This document shows, one piece after another, positions 38,791-52,307 of a stretch of 64,000 bases of DNA. Each line of letters opens with the position of its first letter. Within the stretch, counting starts at the first letter, position 1. Both the position numbers and the translations under genes were made by a program. The notes under the pieces are model-generated. The model was given only the letters and a program-made list of their open reading frames with translations. It did not search any database and was not told the origin of the DNA. The stretch comes from Octopus sinensis (taxonomy: Eukaryota), in assembly GCF_006345805.1 (NCBI RefSeq), contig NC_042997.1:13206001-13270000 (forward strand), in the 5' to 3' direction.

Positions 38791-39742
38791 GGCCTGTAGT
38801 CACGTGTGAGTAGTAGACTGAGGGGGGAATGGGGTAAGGGAGACGATGAGGAAAATAAACAAAGCGGGATAGGAGAAGGGAGAAGGAAAGAAATATAGAG
38901 TGAAAGAAAAATAGATGTGGGGACAGCAGAGTAGGAGGGGAGAAAAAGAAATATAGAGGATTATAGAAGGAGAGAGAAAAAGAAAAAAATTAAGCAGGGA
39001 ACAGAGTCGCAGAAATATATAAATGTACTGTTGACAAAGGCTGCATCGCATTCATTTATTAAATAAAAATGATAAAAATAGACATTAATAACAGGACATC
39101 CCCAACGAGCGAAAAATACGTATACATTCAACGTTCAAAGCTCTGACTCTCCAAAACTTTTTATATTTTTAAAATTTCTGGATGCTGCTGTCTTATGAAG
39201 TCTTTCTGTCTTATCGTTAAAAGCAGGAGATAGGTAGTAATAAAGAATCGATAACTGAGGATGTGTTATACTTATTTTGGCATCTTGTTCGTTGTGTGTT
39301 TAAGTATTGTTCGCTCGTTGGTGACGTCCTGTACTTAATGTGTACTTTTTCGTTTTTATGTATATATATATTCTATATGCTACGCAGGATACGATGGGTG
39401 TTCGCCTGGTAAGTTGATTTTGTTCATTCATTATAAATCTTGAACCATGCTGACACCGACGAGTAAAGGACGCAGCCACTGCGTTAATTACGAAATCACT
39501 GGTGATCTGCAGCTAAATTCTGTTTTTAAATGACTTGCTTCGAGATGTGCATTCGGTACAATATGTTTATTTTGGTAGTTTTGACTTTAAGAGTCCCTCC
39601 TAGCGTGCGGCATTTATGTGTAATAAAGCCCTCTATATAATATAAATAAATATATTCAAGTGGAAAAAATTAACAGATTTTTTCTCTTATGAGGTTTTGC
39701 ACGCTAACTACTTGATAATTTCTTATGAAGATTTTATCCTAT

Positions 39743-39787
<45 letters not shown>

Positions 39788-39875
39788 TATATATATATAT
39801 ATATTATATATATATATATATAATATATATATATATATACCTATATATGTATACATATATATGTATATATACATA

Positions 39876-39923
<48 letters not shown>

Positions 39924-39934
39924 TATATACATAT

Positions 39935-39985
<51 letters not shown>

Positions 39986-40043
39986 ATATATGAAAAAACA
40001 AGTCAAAAATAGAAAATGCTAAATAATTTTATAGTGAACATTT

Positions 40044-40081
40044 CAGTACCGGTTTCGGTCATTTTGAGACCTTTTCAACTG
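40044..40081 (-). ncRNA. Minimal type I hammerhead ribozyme, U3-A8 variant (3' pLTR, sense to the ORF)
   Basis: Reverse complement of 44418-44455. Confidence 0.72.
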
Positions 40082-40814
40082 TAACGATTAAATAATTAAA
40101 TTTTGGAAAAATTAGAAGAAAAGTTTTTTTAAAAGAATATTTCTATAGTAGTGTTCAGATTTAAGTGGCATTCTGCCTTTCTGACTCCCTTGTTTGCACT
40201 TGTGTGTCGGAGGTCGTTGTGAGTTCTTGGTAGGGTAGTAGAGGAAGAAGGCTGTGAGGAAGGGGGGTGGGAGAATCTGGGAGTGCCCTGATGGTCGTAT
40301 TTTGAATGGTCAGTGGCGGCTGGCAGTCTCAGTTCAATTCAGGAGAATATTTATATTGACAGGCTTGTTTATAGAATTAGCGTAGGTGTTATACTAAAAA
40401 AATTAGTGACAAAGTTAAGGGGTAGGGGGTGGAGAAGTAGAAGAAGAAGAAGAAGAAGAAGAAGAAGAAGAAGAAGGAGAAGGAGAAGATGACGATGATG
40501 GTGATGGTGGTGATGATTATGACGACGATGATGATGATAATGATGATGAAGAAGAAGAGAAGAAGGAAGAGAGGAGAAGGAGAAGATGGTGGTGATGATG
40601 GTGGTGATGATGATGACGACGATGATGATGATAATGATGATGATGAAGAAGAAGAGGAAGAAGAAGAAGAAGAAAAAAACAGAGAAGGGAGAATATGAAT
40701 GGGTGTAAGTATAGCTATGAAGGGGCTGATTAGTAATGGATTCTATGGAGTGTAATATTTTGTGTGTATATATATTTTTCTTTTATTCTAAAGTTGAGGT
40801 ATATTAATTGTTTG

Positions 40815-43678
40815 TCGTAGACCCGTTTAGAAGTGGCTTGTATTTGTAATGAAGAGATTTTCTTTACTTATTCGTTGTCTCGAGGTTGTATCGTCCCTAA
40901 ATTGGTAGAGGGGGAAAATTCTGAAGTTTGGTGTTTTTTTGTTGGCGCAAGTATCTATGTGTTGGCTAAAAGCTATTTTTTTGTTTTGGGGAATTTTTAT
41001 CTGGGATCTGTGCAGGGCCATTCGTTTACGCAAACCATTTATGTTTGGCCTATGTACTGCTCTTGACACCCGGAGCAGGTTAGTGAGTATATTAGGTTCT
41101 CCGAAGCACATGTGAAGTTTGTTTTTCACTGTAAACCGTTGTCCCTGCTTGAAGGAGAACTCTGATCCCTCAATTAGATAGTCGCATATCCCGCAATTGG
41201 GTCTTCCACATTTTTTTACTGTCGGCTTCTGTGTTGAGGAGTGAATTCGGGCTTGTGTTAAGGAGACTTTTCATGGATCTAGGCTGTCTTTTGCTTTTTA
41301 TGATCGTGTGTGTTTGGAGGATTGTGTTCATTCTGTGGTCTTTTTTTAGGAGGGGTATGTTGTGGAGGATGGTGTCGAAGGCTTCGTTATTGAGAGGGTT
41401 GTGTGTGGAGATGTATGGTAAGGCTTTTGGTTGTAAGTTTTTCTTTGATTTGGGATGTCTCAGTTCCTTGATGTTAAGTTGAAGGGCACGTTGAATGCAC
41501 TTGTCAATAAGTGAAGGTGGATAGTTCCTGGTGATTAGGGTATCTTTTAGTTCTTGTAGTCGTGTGTCTCTGGTGTTTTCGTTAGGACTATAGTGCATAT
41601 CCTTTTTGCTAGATTGAAGGGGATATTCATCCTGGTGTGTCTGGGGTGGCATGAATTGAATGGAAGATATTGCTTAGAGTCTGTAGGCTTATAGTATATG
41701 TCTGTTTCTATTATATTATTAGCTTTCTTAATGAGGATATCGAGGAAGGGGAGTTGTTGTTGGCTATATTCCATCGTGAATTGGATGTTTACGTCCAGTC
41801 CGTTTAAAATTTTCTGGAATTCTATGAGTTTTTCTATATTTTTATGCCAAAGGATGAAACAGTCATCTACATATCTCTTCCAGTTGTTTTCTATGTAGAT
41901 GGAGAAAGGGCTGCCATATCTTTCTAGAACCTTACGATACAGACTGATCTCTAGGTATCCTATAACTAGGTTGGCAAAGGAGGGGGCCATTCGTGTACCC
42001 ATCGCAGTCCTCGATTTTTGTCGGTAGAAGTTGTCATTGAAGGCGAAGAAGTTATTTTCCAGGATGAATTTAACCCCTTCTATCACAAATTCTTTTTTGA
42101 TGCGGTGTGGTAGTTCGTTGGCGTGATTCTCTAGCCAGAATTGGATTGCCTCTAGTCCTAGGTTGTGGGGGATATTGGAGTAGAGGTTGACTACATCGAA
42201 GGATACCAGTATGGTGTTTTTGTTATAGTATTCGGTAGGTGATTGAGCATATCTAAGTCGTCCTTATATAGCTTTTGACATGTTTGAGGAGTGGTTTTAC
42301 AGGGTGTCTAAAAAGTTACTGAGGTGGTGGGTTCGCATGCGGGACCTGCTATTATGGGTCTCAATTTGAGGTCATTAGGATTAGGGACTTTAATTATTTT
42401 TTCTGTAGCTATCTTGCATGCGTTGCTTATTTTTTCACTTTGTGGATCTTAGGTATACCGTAGAATTGGCTAGTTTTACTTGTGAAATTGGTCATATAAT
42501 CATATTCTTTGTCGGTGAGCCCCCTGCTTTGTATGGGTTTAATATGGAAGTTTTAGTTCCCTCATTATTTTTTGTTGACTGTAGTTTTGTGCCTTTTCAT
42601 AGTATGTTGTGTCTTCAGCATAGAAAGTACCAAAGTTATGTAAAATGTCGTATCCATTAAGACAACAGCACTCCCTTTATCGGCCTCTTTGATTGTTATT
42701 GTTTTATCTAGTTTTAATTTGTTCAACTCAGCCCATTCTTTTTTGCTGAAGTTTGGTTTGTGTTTTTGTTTGTGCATATTTGATATGGGTAATTTGATAT
42801 GTGGTCACAGAAATCATCAAGTGTTTTATTCTTACCTTTCGAGGGGGTGTAGTTACTCCTATTTCTGGCTAACGATTCGTCCTCGTTGTATTTATCGTAT
42901 AGCTCCTCAGTAAGTCTTAATTTTCTGCAGAATTCTGCGATGTCTTCTTTCATTTCATTGTAGTTGGGGTGTTGTGGGGTGGGTGTAAACTTGAGTCCTT
43001 TGGAAAGTATGTTTATTTGGTTTGCTGTTAGTTCCTTGTGAGTAGATTAATAATTTTATTACTTTTGGTCCTCCTGCTTGTTTGGTGCTATCTTGTTCTC
43101 TGTGTTTGCGTATTGGGTCTAAAAAATGAATGCGGTGGTTGGGACGGTAGCTAGTATATAGTTGTTCTTTGTTGATTAGGGGTCCCCTGTTGTGATTTAT
43201 GGTGTGTGTTCTTGGAGCAGTATTGAGGAGAGCATCCCGATATCCCATATTCGGGTGTGGTGTTCTAGGAGGCCTTCGTTGGTAATCATTGCAAGTGGTG
43301 TGGGTTTGTTGTGCATGGTTGTTTAACCGGTTAATGGGACGAAGTTACGTTGGTAACTCCTTTGGGTGGGGATGAGGTTGCAGTGTCTATGCTGTGGGTG
43401 TTGATTTATCCTTTCTCTGCTTGAAGTGGGGGTATTCCTGATATTGTATCGCTGGCTGCTTACAGAGTTAGGGTTAGGTCCTGTATTCTTTTTTTGATAG
43501 TAGTGAAGGTTCCGATTTTTAGACAGGTGTGTATCGGTGTTTGGGTGTTGTTTTGGTTTTCTTATTTTCTGGAAAAGGTTGTTGGAGGCGTGCTCTGTTT
43601 GAAAGACGGCTTCATAGTCTGAGAACCAAGTGGCGCTTTTCTCCCAGCGTTGGAGAGATTTAGTTCTTCTTTTTAGTT
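40815..43678 (-). pseudogene. PLE polyprotein (RT + GIY-YIG), frameshifted in this assembly
   Basis: ORF pieces 42955-43248, 42723-42953, 42565-42777, 41547-42086, 41170-41652 and 40827-41129 join by small frame changes; YVDD is intact. Confidence 0.92.
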
Positions 43679-44417
43679 CTTCTAAACGGGTCTACGACAA
43701 ACAATTAATATACCTCAACTTTAGAATAAAAGAAAAATATATATACACACACAAATATTACACTCCATAGAATCCATTACTAATCAGCCCCATCATAGCT
43801 ATACTTACACCCATTCATATTCTCCCTTCTCTGTTTTTTTCTTCTTCTTCTTCTTCCTCTTCTTCTTCATCATCATCATTATCATCATCATCGTCGTCAT
43901 CATCATCACCACCATCATCACCACCATCTTCTCCTTCTCCTCCTTCTTCTTCTTATTCTTCTTCTTCATCATCATCATCATCGTCGTCATAATCATCACC
44001 ACCATCACCATCATCGTCATCTTCTCCTTCTCCTTCTTCTTCTTCTTCTTCTTCTTCTTCTACTTCTCCACCCCCTACCCCTTAACTTTGTCACTAATGT
44101 TTTTTAGTATAACACCTACGCTAATTCTAAAACAAGCCTGTCAATATAAATATTCTCCTGAATTGAACTGAGACTGCCAGCCGCCACTGACCATTCAAAA
44201 TACGACCATCAGGCCTCCCAGATTCTCCCCCCCCTTTCCTCACCAGCCTTCTTCCTCTACTACCCTACCAAGAACTCACAACGACCTCCGACACACAAGT
44301 GCAAACAAGGGAGTCAGAGAAAGGCAGAATGCCACTTAAATCTGAACACTACTATAGAAATATTCTTTTAAAAAAACTTTTCTTCTAATTTTTCTAAATT
44401 TAATTATTTAATCGTTA

Positions 44418-44455
44418 CAGTTGAAAAGGTCTCAAAATGACCGAAACCGGTACTG
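44418..44455 (+). ncRNA. Minimal type I hammerhead ribozyme, U3-A8 variant (inverted pLTR)
   Basis: CAG-TTGAAAA-GGTC-tcaaaat-GACC-GAAAC-CG-GTA/CTG; stems I and II pair; ACCGGU palindromic stem III. Confidence 0.72.
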
Positions 44456-45911
44456 AAATGTTCACTATAAAATTATTTTAGCATTTTCTATTTTCTATTT
44501 TTGACTTGTTTTTTCATATATATCAACTCGTGTGTTCCTTTTCACACCTTATACATATATATATATATATTATATATATATATAATATATATATATATAT
44601 TCTATTTCGATATATATATATATATATATATTATACGCGCACACATGTATGTATATGTGCGTGTGTGTGCGTATTTATGTATGTATGTCTGTATGCTTGT
44701 ATTTGAATATTTGAATGATTGCTAACCTGAAATGATTCCAAATGTAAGATATGTATACAAATGCATACACACTTCCATAGTTAAACTTTGATAAGATTAG
44801 ACATCATTTGGCCAGAAATGGCCCAGGATATTTCTAAAACAATGCACACAATACACCATGGAAAGAACCAGTTAAGTTTTTGGCATCATGACACATTGAA
44901 GTACGGAATTGTTTTTTTATTAAGATATGGACGGACGGAAACTATCGACGAAGGCAGCCGTTAGATCAAGACGGATTGCAATGGCTAACGCCTGGTAGGA
45001 ATTCTGAAAGGATATAGAATAAACAGAAAAGAAAAAAATAGAATAAAGATATCGAAATGCGAGAGAAAAGGCGTCAGGCTAACTGGACGTCCCATCCCTT
45101 GAAGAAATTTTTCCTGATATTGTTTGGAGTTGATGCGCTTTTTCTCTCCTTTGATTTCTGTGAGGATAATGCCAAGCAGTGACGGACATATGTTGGGAAA
45201 GTAATCGTGTTGCACTATGTCTATGTGTTATAAGCCTGAGTTGTGCAGGTGGCGCAAGGGAGGGTGTCCTAACCTTGCACAAATTCTGAATTTGATTTTT
45301 AGGGCGTCTGAGGAATGTTCGTGGTTTATTCTCCCTATTGTGCAAAATAATTTAATGTTCATGGTTGTAAACGTTGTTCGGGAAAATTAAGTTTCAATAC
45401 TTTCAAGAGGTCCCAAAAGTCGAGATCTGTCATGATTTTTATTCCTTAGAAATTGTTCTCTAGTGTACTTCACTTCTGGCAATATGTAGCTTAGTGTGTG
45501 AAGACAAGTGACAACAGCATTGTAGACAAACAGATAGTAAATACATACATACATACATACATATACATACACACACATGCACACACACACATACACACAT
45601 ATATATATATATATATAAATTTTAGACAGTAAATGGAGAAATAGCGATGAACAACTGAACAACAATTGACTTACATCAGTTATTATTATTATTATTGTTG
45701 TTGTTGTTGTTGTTGTTTATTTAATACAAATAGACTGCATATGGTTAAGCATAGGTAATATACCAGTAGTGTAATGGGCTACTTCGATCCCTTAGACGGT
45801 CATTTTAACCTCTAACTCAGCTAGCCTATATATATATATATTATATATATATATATATAGATATATATATATATATATCTATATAGATAGATAGATAGAT
45901 AGATAGATAGA

Positions 45912-45948
<37 letters not shown>

Positions 45949-47251
45949 CAGACTGATAGAAATATACTTATACTCACACATACATGAGATATCTGATAGT
46001 AGACAAAGTGGTATAGACCTGTGTGTATGAGTTAGATATAAAATCATATAATGATTTAGGTAAGTGAATTGGACACACCTCATAGGAAGTAACAAGACAT
46101 CCTTATAATCGAAAATGATAATAAAGTCAAAATCAATGTTAAAAGGCTAAGATCCAGTTCTTGAAGTGTGGAAGTAAAAAGTCAAGGATGAAAAATATAA
46201 GGAAAAATCGAAGTGGTAAAAGTCAAACCGAAGAAAATACTACTTTAGCAGTAGAATATAAATAACATTGTTTTAAAAAGACTATGAGTCTCAGTAATAA
46301 GTAGTTCGAGAAATTTGATTTACATACGTATCTCCTCTATTTAAAGAATAAGTTGGTATAAACCAAGTGCTATTTTCTAGGGAAATATGTGAAGCTTTTT
46401 ATATATCTATGAGCAGTTATGGTTCTAGAATATAAATTTAATTTTGAGATAAGAATATTGAACATTTTCTCCTGGCAAATTTGACATTTAAATAATCGGT
46501 ATTGTACGGTGGAACGCTATTTAGAATGGACTATTTCATATAGAAATTAATGTTCTTGCCATTACATCTCATATGCATTTAATTAGATAAGTGCAATTAA
46601 TATTTTTCATAAATTCAAATAAAGGGAGATGGTTATATAACTTATATTTAAAGTTGGTGGCACAGAAACGTATGTAATAGTATATAACATCCTCAGTTGA
46701 TGCCGTAAGTTGATAGATTAGCTTCTTGAAGTACACATATTTTATAGGACATTCAAGGCGGTATCTACAATTACAAAATATTTATTGCCGTCTAAGACGT
46801 TTGTTGTCAACTTTATTTGTAGAATTAAGGTTATCATTATTACTATATGTTATACCCTAAGTAATATCAATTTCTCGGTTGGAGCTAACTGCACTTGGAG
46901 TGTCAAATTTCGGACGAGACAAGCAATTCACATTACTACTAACATCAACATCTCCATACGTATTACAAACATAAGGCAATTTCCATTATAGTTCTTCGCG
47001 CAATGAATATTAAACTTCCTATGGTTTACTACTTTCAAACTGACGTACTACTTAATCTTTTAATGTTTGCGTACTGCAATAATTTCATTCCCCAAAAAAC
47101 CCCACCAAAATAACGAAATATACGATTAAACTAGTGCGCTGGATTTTTTTTCTTAAAACTAATAGTTTAGGCTTTACAAAAAAATAAAAACCTCTCAGTA
47201 TATATGTTTATGTGTTTGTGAGTATGTGTGTGTATTTGTGCGTACATGTAT

Positions 47252-47312
47252 ATTATTATTATTATTATTATTATGATTATTATTATTATTATTATTATCA
47301 TTATTATTATTA

Positions 47313-47403
<91 letters not shown>

Positions 47404-47408
47404 TATTT
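47252..47408. repeat. (TAT)n/(CAT)n compound microsatellite
   Basis: Direct reading. Confidence 0.97.
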
Positions 47409-47409
47409 C

Positions 47410-47800
47410 CATATTACTTCTCCCCATTTAATTTTATCTGGTTAATTCTCTAAGAGCGGACAGCAACCTGTTACCAAAGGTCTGTCAGGGGCTCTTTCCA
47501 CGATACTTAACACCCAAGCACCAATCACAAAATCCTCGCTAACCCCCAATAGAGATTTCTGAGCATGTTCTACCCTCATGTCAATTCCAATTTCTCCAGC
47601 ATATTTATCAGACATGTTTGTTAGTCTTCCCACTGCCTCTACAACTACTGGAATTACAGATACTTTCTTCATTGCCTCTATTCATGCAATTTCGTCATTT
47701 CATAGCTTGTACCTTTCAATATTTTCCATGTCTTTGTGCCCTACTCGTGCTTCCCCAGGTATGGTTGATATTCACTACAAAAATGTCTGCTTTCCAAGCA
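47410..47800 (-). mobile_element. 3' end of an RLE-type non-LTR retrotransposon (R4/Dong-like)
   Basis: Across frames: DIF..ENIEKYK..MKKVSVIPVVVEAVG..AQKSLLG (ORF 47442-47672); 3' end runs into (TGA)n(TAA)n. Confidence 0.8.
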
Positions 47801-47819
47801 TCAATCAGTGAGTCACACT

Positions 47820-48010
47820 GGATTAGTACGTCGGGCAAAATGCTTAGCTGCATTTCGTCCGTCCTTATGTTCTGAATTCAAATTTCGCCGAGGTTGATTT
47901 TGCCTTTCATCCTTTCGGGGTCGACAAATTAAGCATCAGTGAAACACTGCGGTCATCGTCATCGACTGGTCCCCTCCACAAAATTTTCAAGCCTTGTGCC
48001 TATAGTACAA
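47820..48010 (+). mobile_element. SINE family B
   Basis: cgggcaaaatgcttagc..ttctgaattcaaatttcgccgagg..ttgcctttcatcctttcggggtcgac. Confidence 0.85.
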
Positions 48011-48014
48011 ATGA

Positions 48015-48628
48015 TTATTCAGTAGTCTTATTTTCATCATGTGCTTTCACTGCACAACCAAGTGCAGCTCTGTTTGCTTTGGGAATATGCTGTGGTTTGT
48101 TGTGGTGCGCTTGTTTTCATTGTATTGGAAGTGCTTTACATAGGATGTACGCAGTACCTAGTAGTGTTATTTTCTGCATGTTATATACATTCGTAAGTCC
48201 TGGTGCTTTGGTTGTGTATCTGTCTGAATGTTTTTTTAATCATACCTAATGCATCTATTATTACAGGAATTGTTTCTGTTTTTAGACTCCACATTCGGGT
48301 CCCTTTTTTTTTACCAGATCTTTGTATTTTGGGAGTTTCTCCGTTTCTTTTAGAGATGTGTTGCCATCTTTGATATTGATATATCGATTAGAAGTCATTG
48401 TTTTTCTTGATTATCACTGACAGTTATGTCCAGTCTATTACCCTTGATTAATCCATCTGTTTATATTGGCATAATCTAGGGTACGGTCGCTTTGTCATTT
48501 TTGAGGCCTTTTCTGGGTTGTGCTTATAGCATATTTTTATGTTGTCATTCCATAGTGTTGGCATAGCTTCAAGTGTATATAGTTTCCAAATCTGTCATAT
48601 CTGAGGATATATTCCTTCTTAGCCTGGA

Positions 48629-48630
<2 letters not shown>
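48015..48630 (-). mobile_element. 3' end of an RLE-type non-LTR retrotransposon (R4/Dong-like), restriction-like endonuclease region
   Basis: Minus, across frames: [82 protein letters not shown]. Confidence 0.85.
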
Positions 48631-48696
<66 letters not shown>

Positions 48697-48705
48697 ATAT
48701 ATATA

Positions 48706-48746
<41 letters not shown>

Positions 48747-48943
48747 TATATAAATATATGTATGTACATATGCATAAATTCATACGTGCGTGTCTTTGTA
48801 TATATATATAAAGAGAGAGAGAGATAAAGGAATACATGCATGCACATGCTTAAATGTATATATATATTTATATAAGTACAAGCACACATACACGCACACT
48901 CACATACACACACACATGCACATACACACACACATACCCCCCC

Positions 48944-48991
<48 letters not shown>

Positions 48992-51129
48992 ATATTGATT
49001 TCTTTCGTTTGTCAGAGGAGATTATCTCCAAACCTATATGGAAAAAAACTGTAAGTCATCCCAACTTATTACTTTTTATTCAAAGTCGAATATGAATATC
49101 TTTTCTTACTTGGTAAGGCTAATCTTTTCATTGATCTTTCTTTAGGTTTTTTTTCTTTTGTGTTTGTGTATTCTATTCTATATATATATTTTTTACTCTT
49201 GCCTCAGAGACCTCTCCATTTTCCCTATTCGCCTCACACATAATCATGATATCAATATATATATATATATATATGTATGCAATAAAACAATATATATATA
49301 TGTAATAAAATAATATATATATGTCAATATATATATCATTATATATATTTAATACATATATATATGTGCGTGTGTGTATATATATCAATATATTATATCT
49401 TATATATATATATACATATATTATATATATATATATATAAATATATATACATATATATATATATATAAATATATAGTTTAAATGCTCAAATACACTTACT
49501 AATAATCCTAAGTACATCACATTGGTAGATAAGTCCTAACATATATGTAGAAATCTCTCCATATACATTCATATGCATATGCATGAATGTGTATCAATAC
49601 CTGAATTGGCACACTCCCATAAGAATAATTTCACATACATTTCAGTTTGCACAAAACATATATATATACCATGGCAACGACATACACAGGCACACATACT
49701 GCGATATGTCTAATTGCATAGAAGTAGACTCACGCAAGCACCATACCTACATATGCACATAGGCATACATCATCTGTAAATCTTACATTGCACCATTTGG
49801 CTGGTTTCTCGATATAATATCATTATATCATACGGCTGAAAGACAGTGATTGTCTATCTATGCTATTCTTGTATCATATATTTCCTTATGTCATCTCCTG
49901 TTTCATCTTTTTATCTAACCATTTACTTTCTCATTCCTGCTTTCTTTCATTGCTTCTATCTCCATCTCACTTTCTATTGTTCTCTCTCTTCTCTTATTAG
50001 CTATTAACTTTCAGTCTACTACATTTCATTCACTTCTGCGGCCATTTTGATTTCTGCAATAAATCTATTTCTTTCTTTTTTAATTTTTTGATATCTTCCC
50101 GCTTTTACATTTCTCCAATGACACCTTTTTATCAGTTTGTTCTCTCTTTCTCTCAGTATTTCTCTCCGAACATTTTTATCTATCCCTTCTGAGATAGCTA
50201 TCTACTTTGCTCTAGAAGCACATCTACATATTTCTAGTCACTTTCCAACAGCTTCCCTTCGTTACCTCACATTCCGCACCTATCTGTTTTCTCTCTTTTC
50301 AGGGGACTTCACTCTCTGTTTTTAGGTGCTGGGTTTAGGCGATAGTAACGTGTAATGCATTTTACGTCATCCAACATGATCTTGGCAAAATGATTTGCTT
50401 TTGCAAAGTTTAAAGTAGATACACTTCATGCAAAAGCGAAGTTATATGAAATATAACATCCGTTCAATAATGCGTGCTAAGTGAAGTGTATAAAAAACAA
50501 ATGCACCTTTACCCAATATAGCGCCTACATATATATCATATCAAGATCAAAAAGACGAGAAGTAGTGGTAAATTCACTATCTGATTAAAAAAAAATCATC
50601 ACATATGCATTGCACATAATAGTTCGAATCATCGAGTGTAAACAAAGATTAGGTAATAACAATAATTATACGCGGTTTTGTGTTCTGTCAGAATCAACTT
50701 GAAAAAATAATAAATTATCAAGACCTAACTATGCACGAACTCTAACTTTAATACATATAAAGAAATTTAGAATCAATAACGAAGTACATGTAAAGAGTTG
50801 TGTTACAATGTCTCTACTAATATCAAACTATCCAAGTAGAGAGTATATACATCCTAAATACTAATTTCTGATGCAAGATTACGAAACGCTTCACCATACA
50901 CACATTTGTTATTCATAAGTAACAACATACTATAGTCAAAATGTTGGGACTAGACGAATGTTTTTAAATTGCTCTTAGCATAAATAATCGAAAATAAACT
51001 ATTGTTATTATATAATCAAAACAAAAATCGAGATTCAGCACCATGACTAAGAAACACGTCAAACCACAATATAATTGCACAAAATTCCCATTTACTATTT
51101 TGCAAAATTCGGAGATTTAATGTTTTTGT

Positions 51130-51445
51130 TCGTTCCTTCTCGAGCCACCCCTGGTTTATAAGGGCCGGTTTCCCGGTTTATAAGGGCCGGTTTCCCGGCG
51201 TATAGGTTCCCCCGCCTGGACGGGTCGCCGGTCCGTCGCAGGTCAGCTGCAAGATGCAGGAGGAAATATTGAGAGAACGTTGTGGCGAAAGAGTCAGCAG
51301 AAGTTCGCCATTATATTCGGCCGGAGCCGCGTGGAGCTAAGGTGTTTCGCTTTTAAAAACACACATCGCCAGGTCTCAGATTCGAACCAGCGATCCCTCG
51401 ACCGTGAGACCACTGCCATAACCACTAGGCCATGTGCCTCCACCG
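51130..51445 (-). mobile_element. tRNA-derived SINE (family C type) with a 22-bp tandem duplication near the tail
   Basis: Minus head ggtggaggcacatggcctagtggttatggcagtggtctcacggtcgagggatcgctggttcgaatc; ggtttataagggccggtttccc occurs twice. Confidence 0.85.
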
Positions 51446-52197
51446 AGATTTAATGAATGATTGTTGTTTCTATTCTTGCTTCTAAGCATCTGATTTTCAG
51501 TGGCATGTAAATGGATTTTGATAACACTATCACAGCCGGGATACCCAATGCATTGGCATCTTAAGAACAAGGCATGCGCAATATATGCACTACATCATAA
51601 ATCATCATGGTGTGAATATATGCGTTACATCAATAATCCATCATGTTTCTAGTGTCAAACTTTTACATGTAGAAAGTAATCCAAGCTTTGTATTTAAGAA
51701 CCTTTATAAGGCATGTAGAATGTAAACACTAATGCGAAACCTGGAAATACAATTTGATAAAAACTCTGGAGATGAATATAGTATTAGTATTATATTTACT
51801 CTTTCAGTTTACCATCGGTCAGAAGTATAACGGCTTTGTGACCGGCTGCTGACTGACTCGGTTTAAAACACAAGTGACAGATATTATTTAAGTTTCTTCT
51901 ACATCTTTGCCCTTTCTGAAGGAATGTGTTTCTGAACTAACAAGTCCAGATATTGTCTTGCAAGTTTTGTGACATATGACACAAGTCGTAAGAGGCAGTT
52001 GGTGTTCAAGATAATTACCTACCCGGGCATTTCAATTTTCCTGTGACTTCATATAATACACGTATCCTGCTTTTGACAACAGAATACGATCACACATAAT
52101 ACATATCAAACTCGCTTTTCGAGTTTTTCAAATGCAACACTTCCCTATATATATATATATATACATATAAATACACATACTTATGTATACATAGGTA

Positions 52198-52235
<38 letters not shown>

Positions 52236-52253
52236 TATGCACACATATATGCG

Positions 52254-52303
<50 letters not shown>

Positions 52304-52307
<4 letters not shown>

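Larger units (their letters stand above)
39992..44550 (-). mobile_element. Penelope-like retroelement with ~840-bp inverted terminal repeats (39992-40833 and 43679-44515) inserted in (TA)n
   Basis: Minus strand has N-terminal NLSTHKELT..LSKGLKFTPTP, RT (TAMGTRMAPSFANL, KRYVDDCFILW, LPFLDILI, DIYYKPTD), GIY-YIG (TCSGCQEQYIGQT..LRKRMALHRSQI) and C-terminal KYKPLLNG. The 3' UTR is duplicated in inverted orientation at the 5' truncation point. Confidence 0.95.

Noticed and set aside
40436-40696. Acidic/basic low-complexity ORF (40489-40698; mirror 43805-44020)
   Set aside because: It is a GAA/GAT microsatellite inside the PLE terminal repeat.
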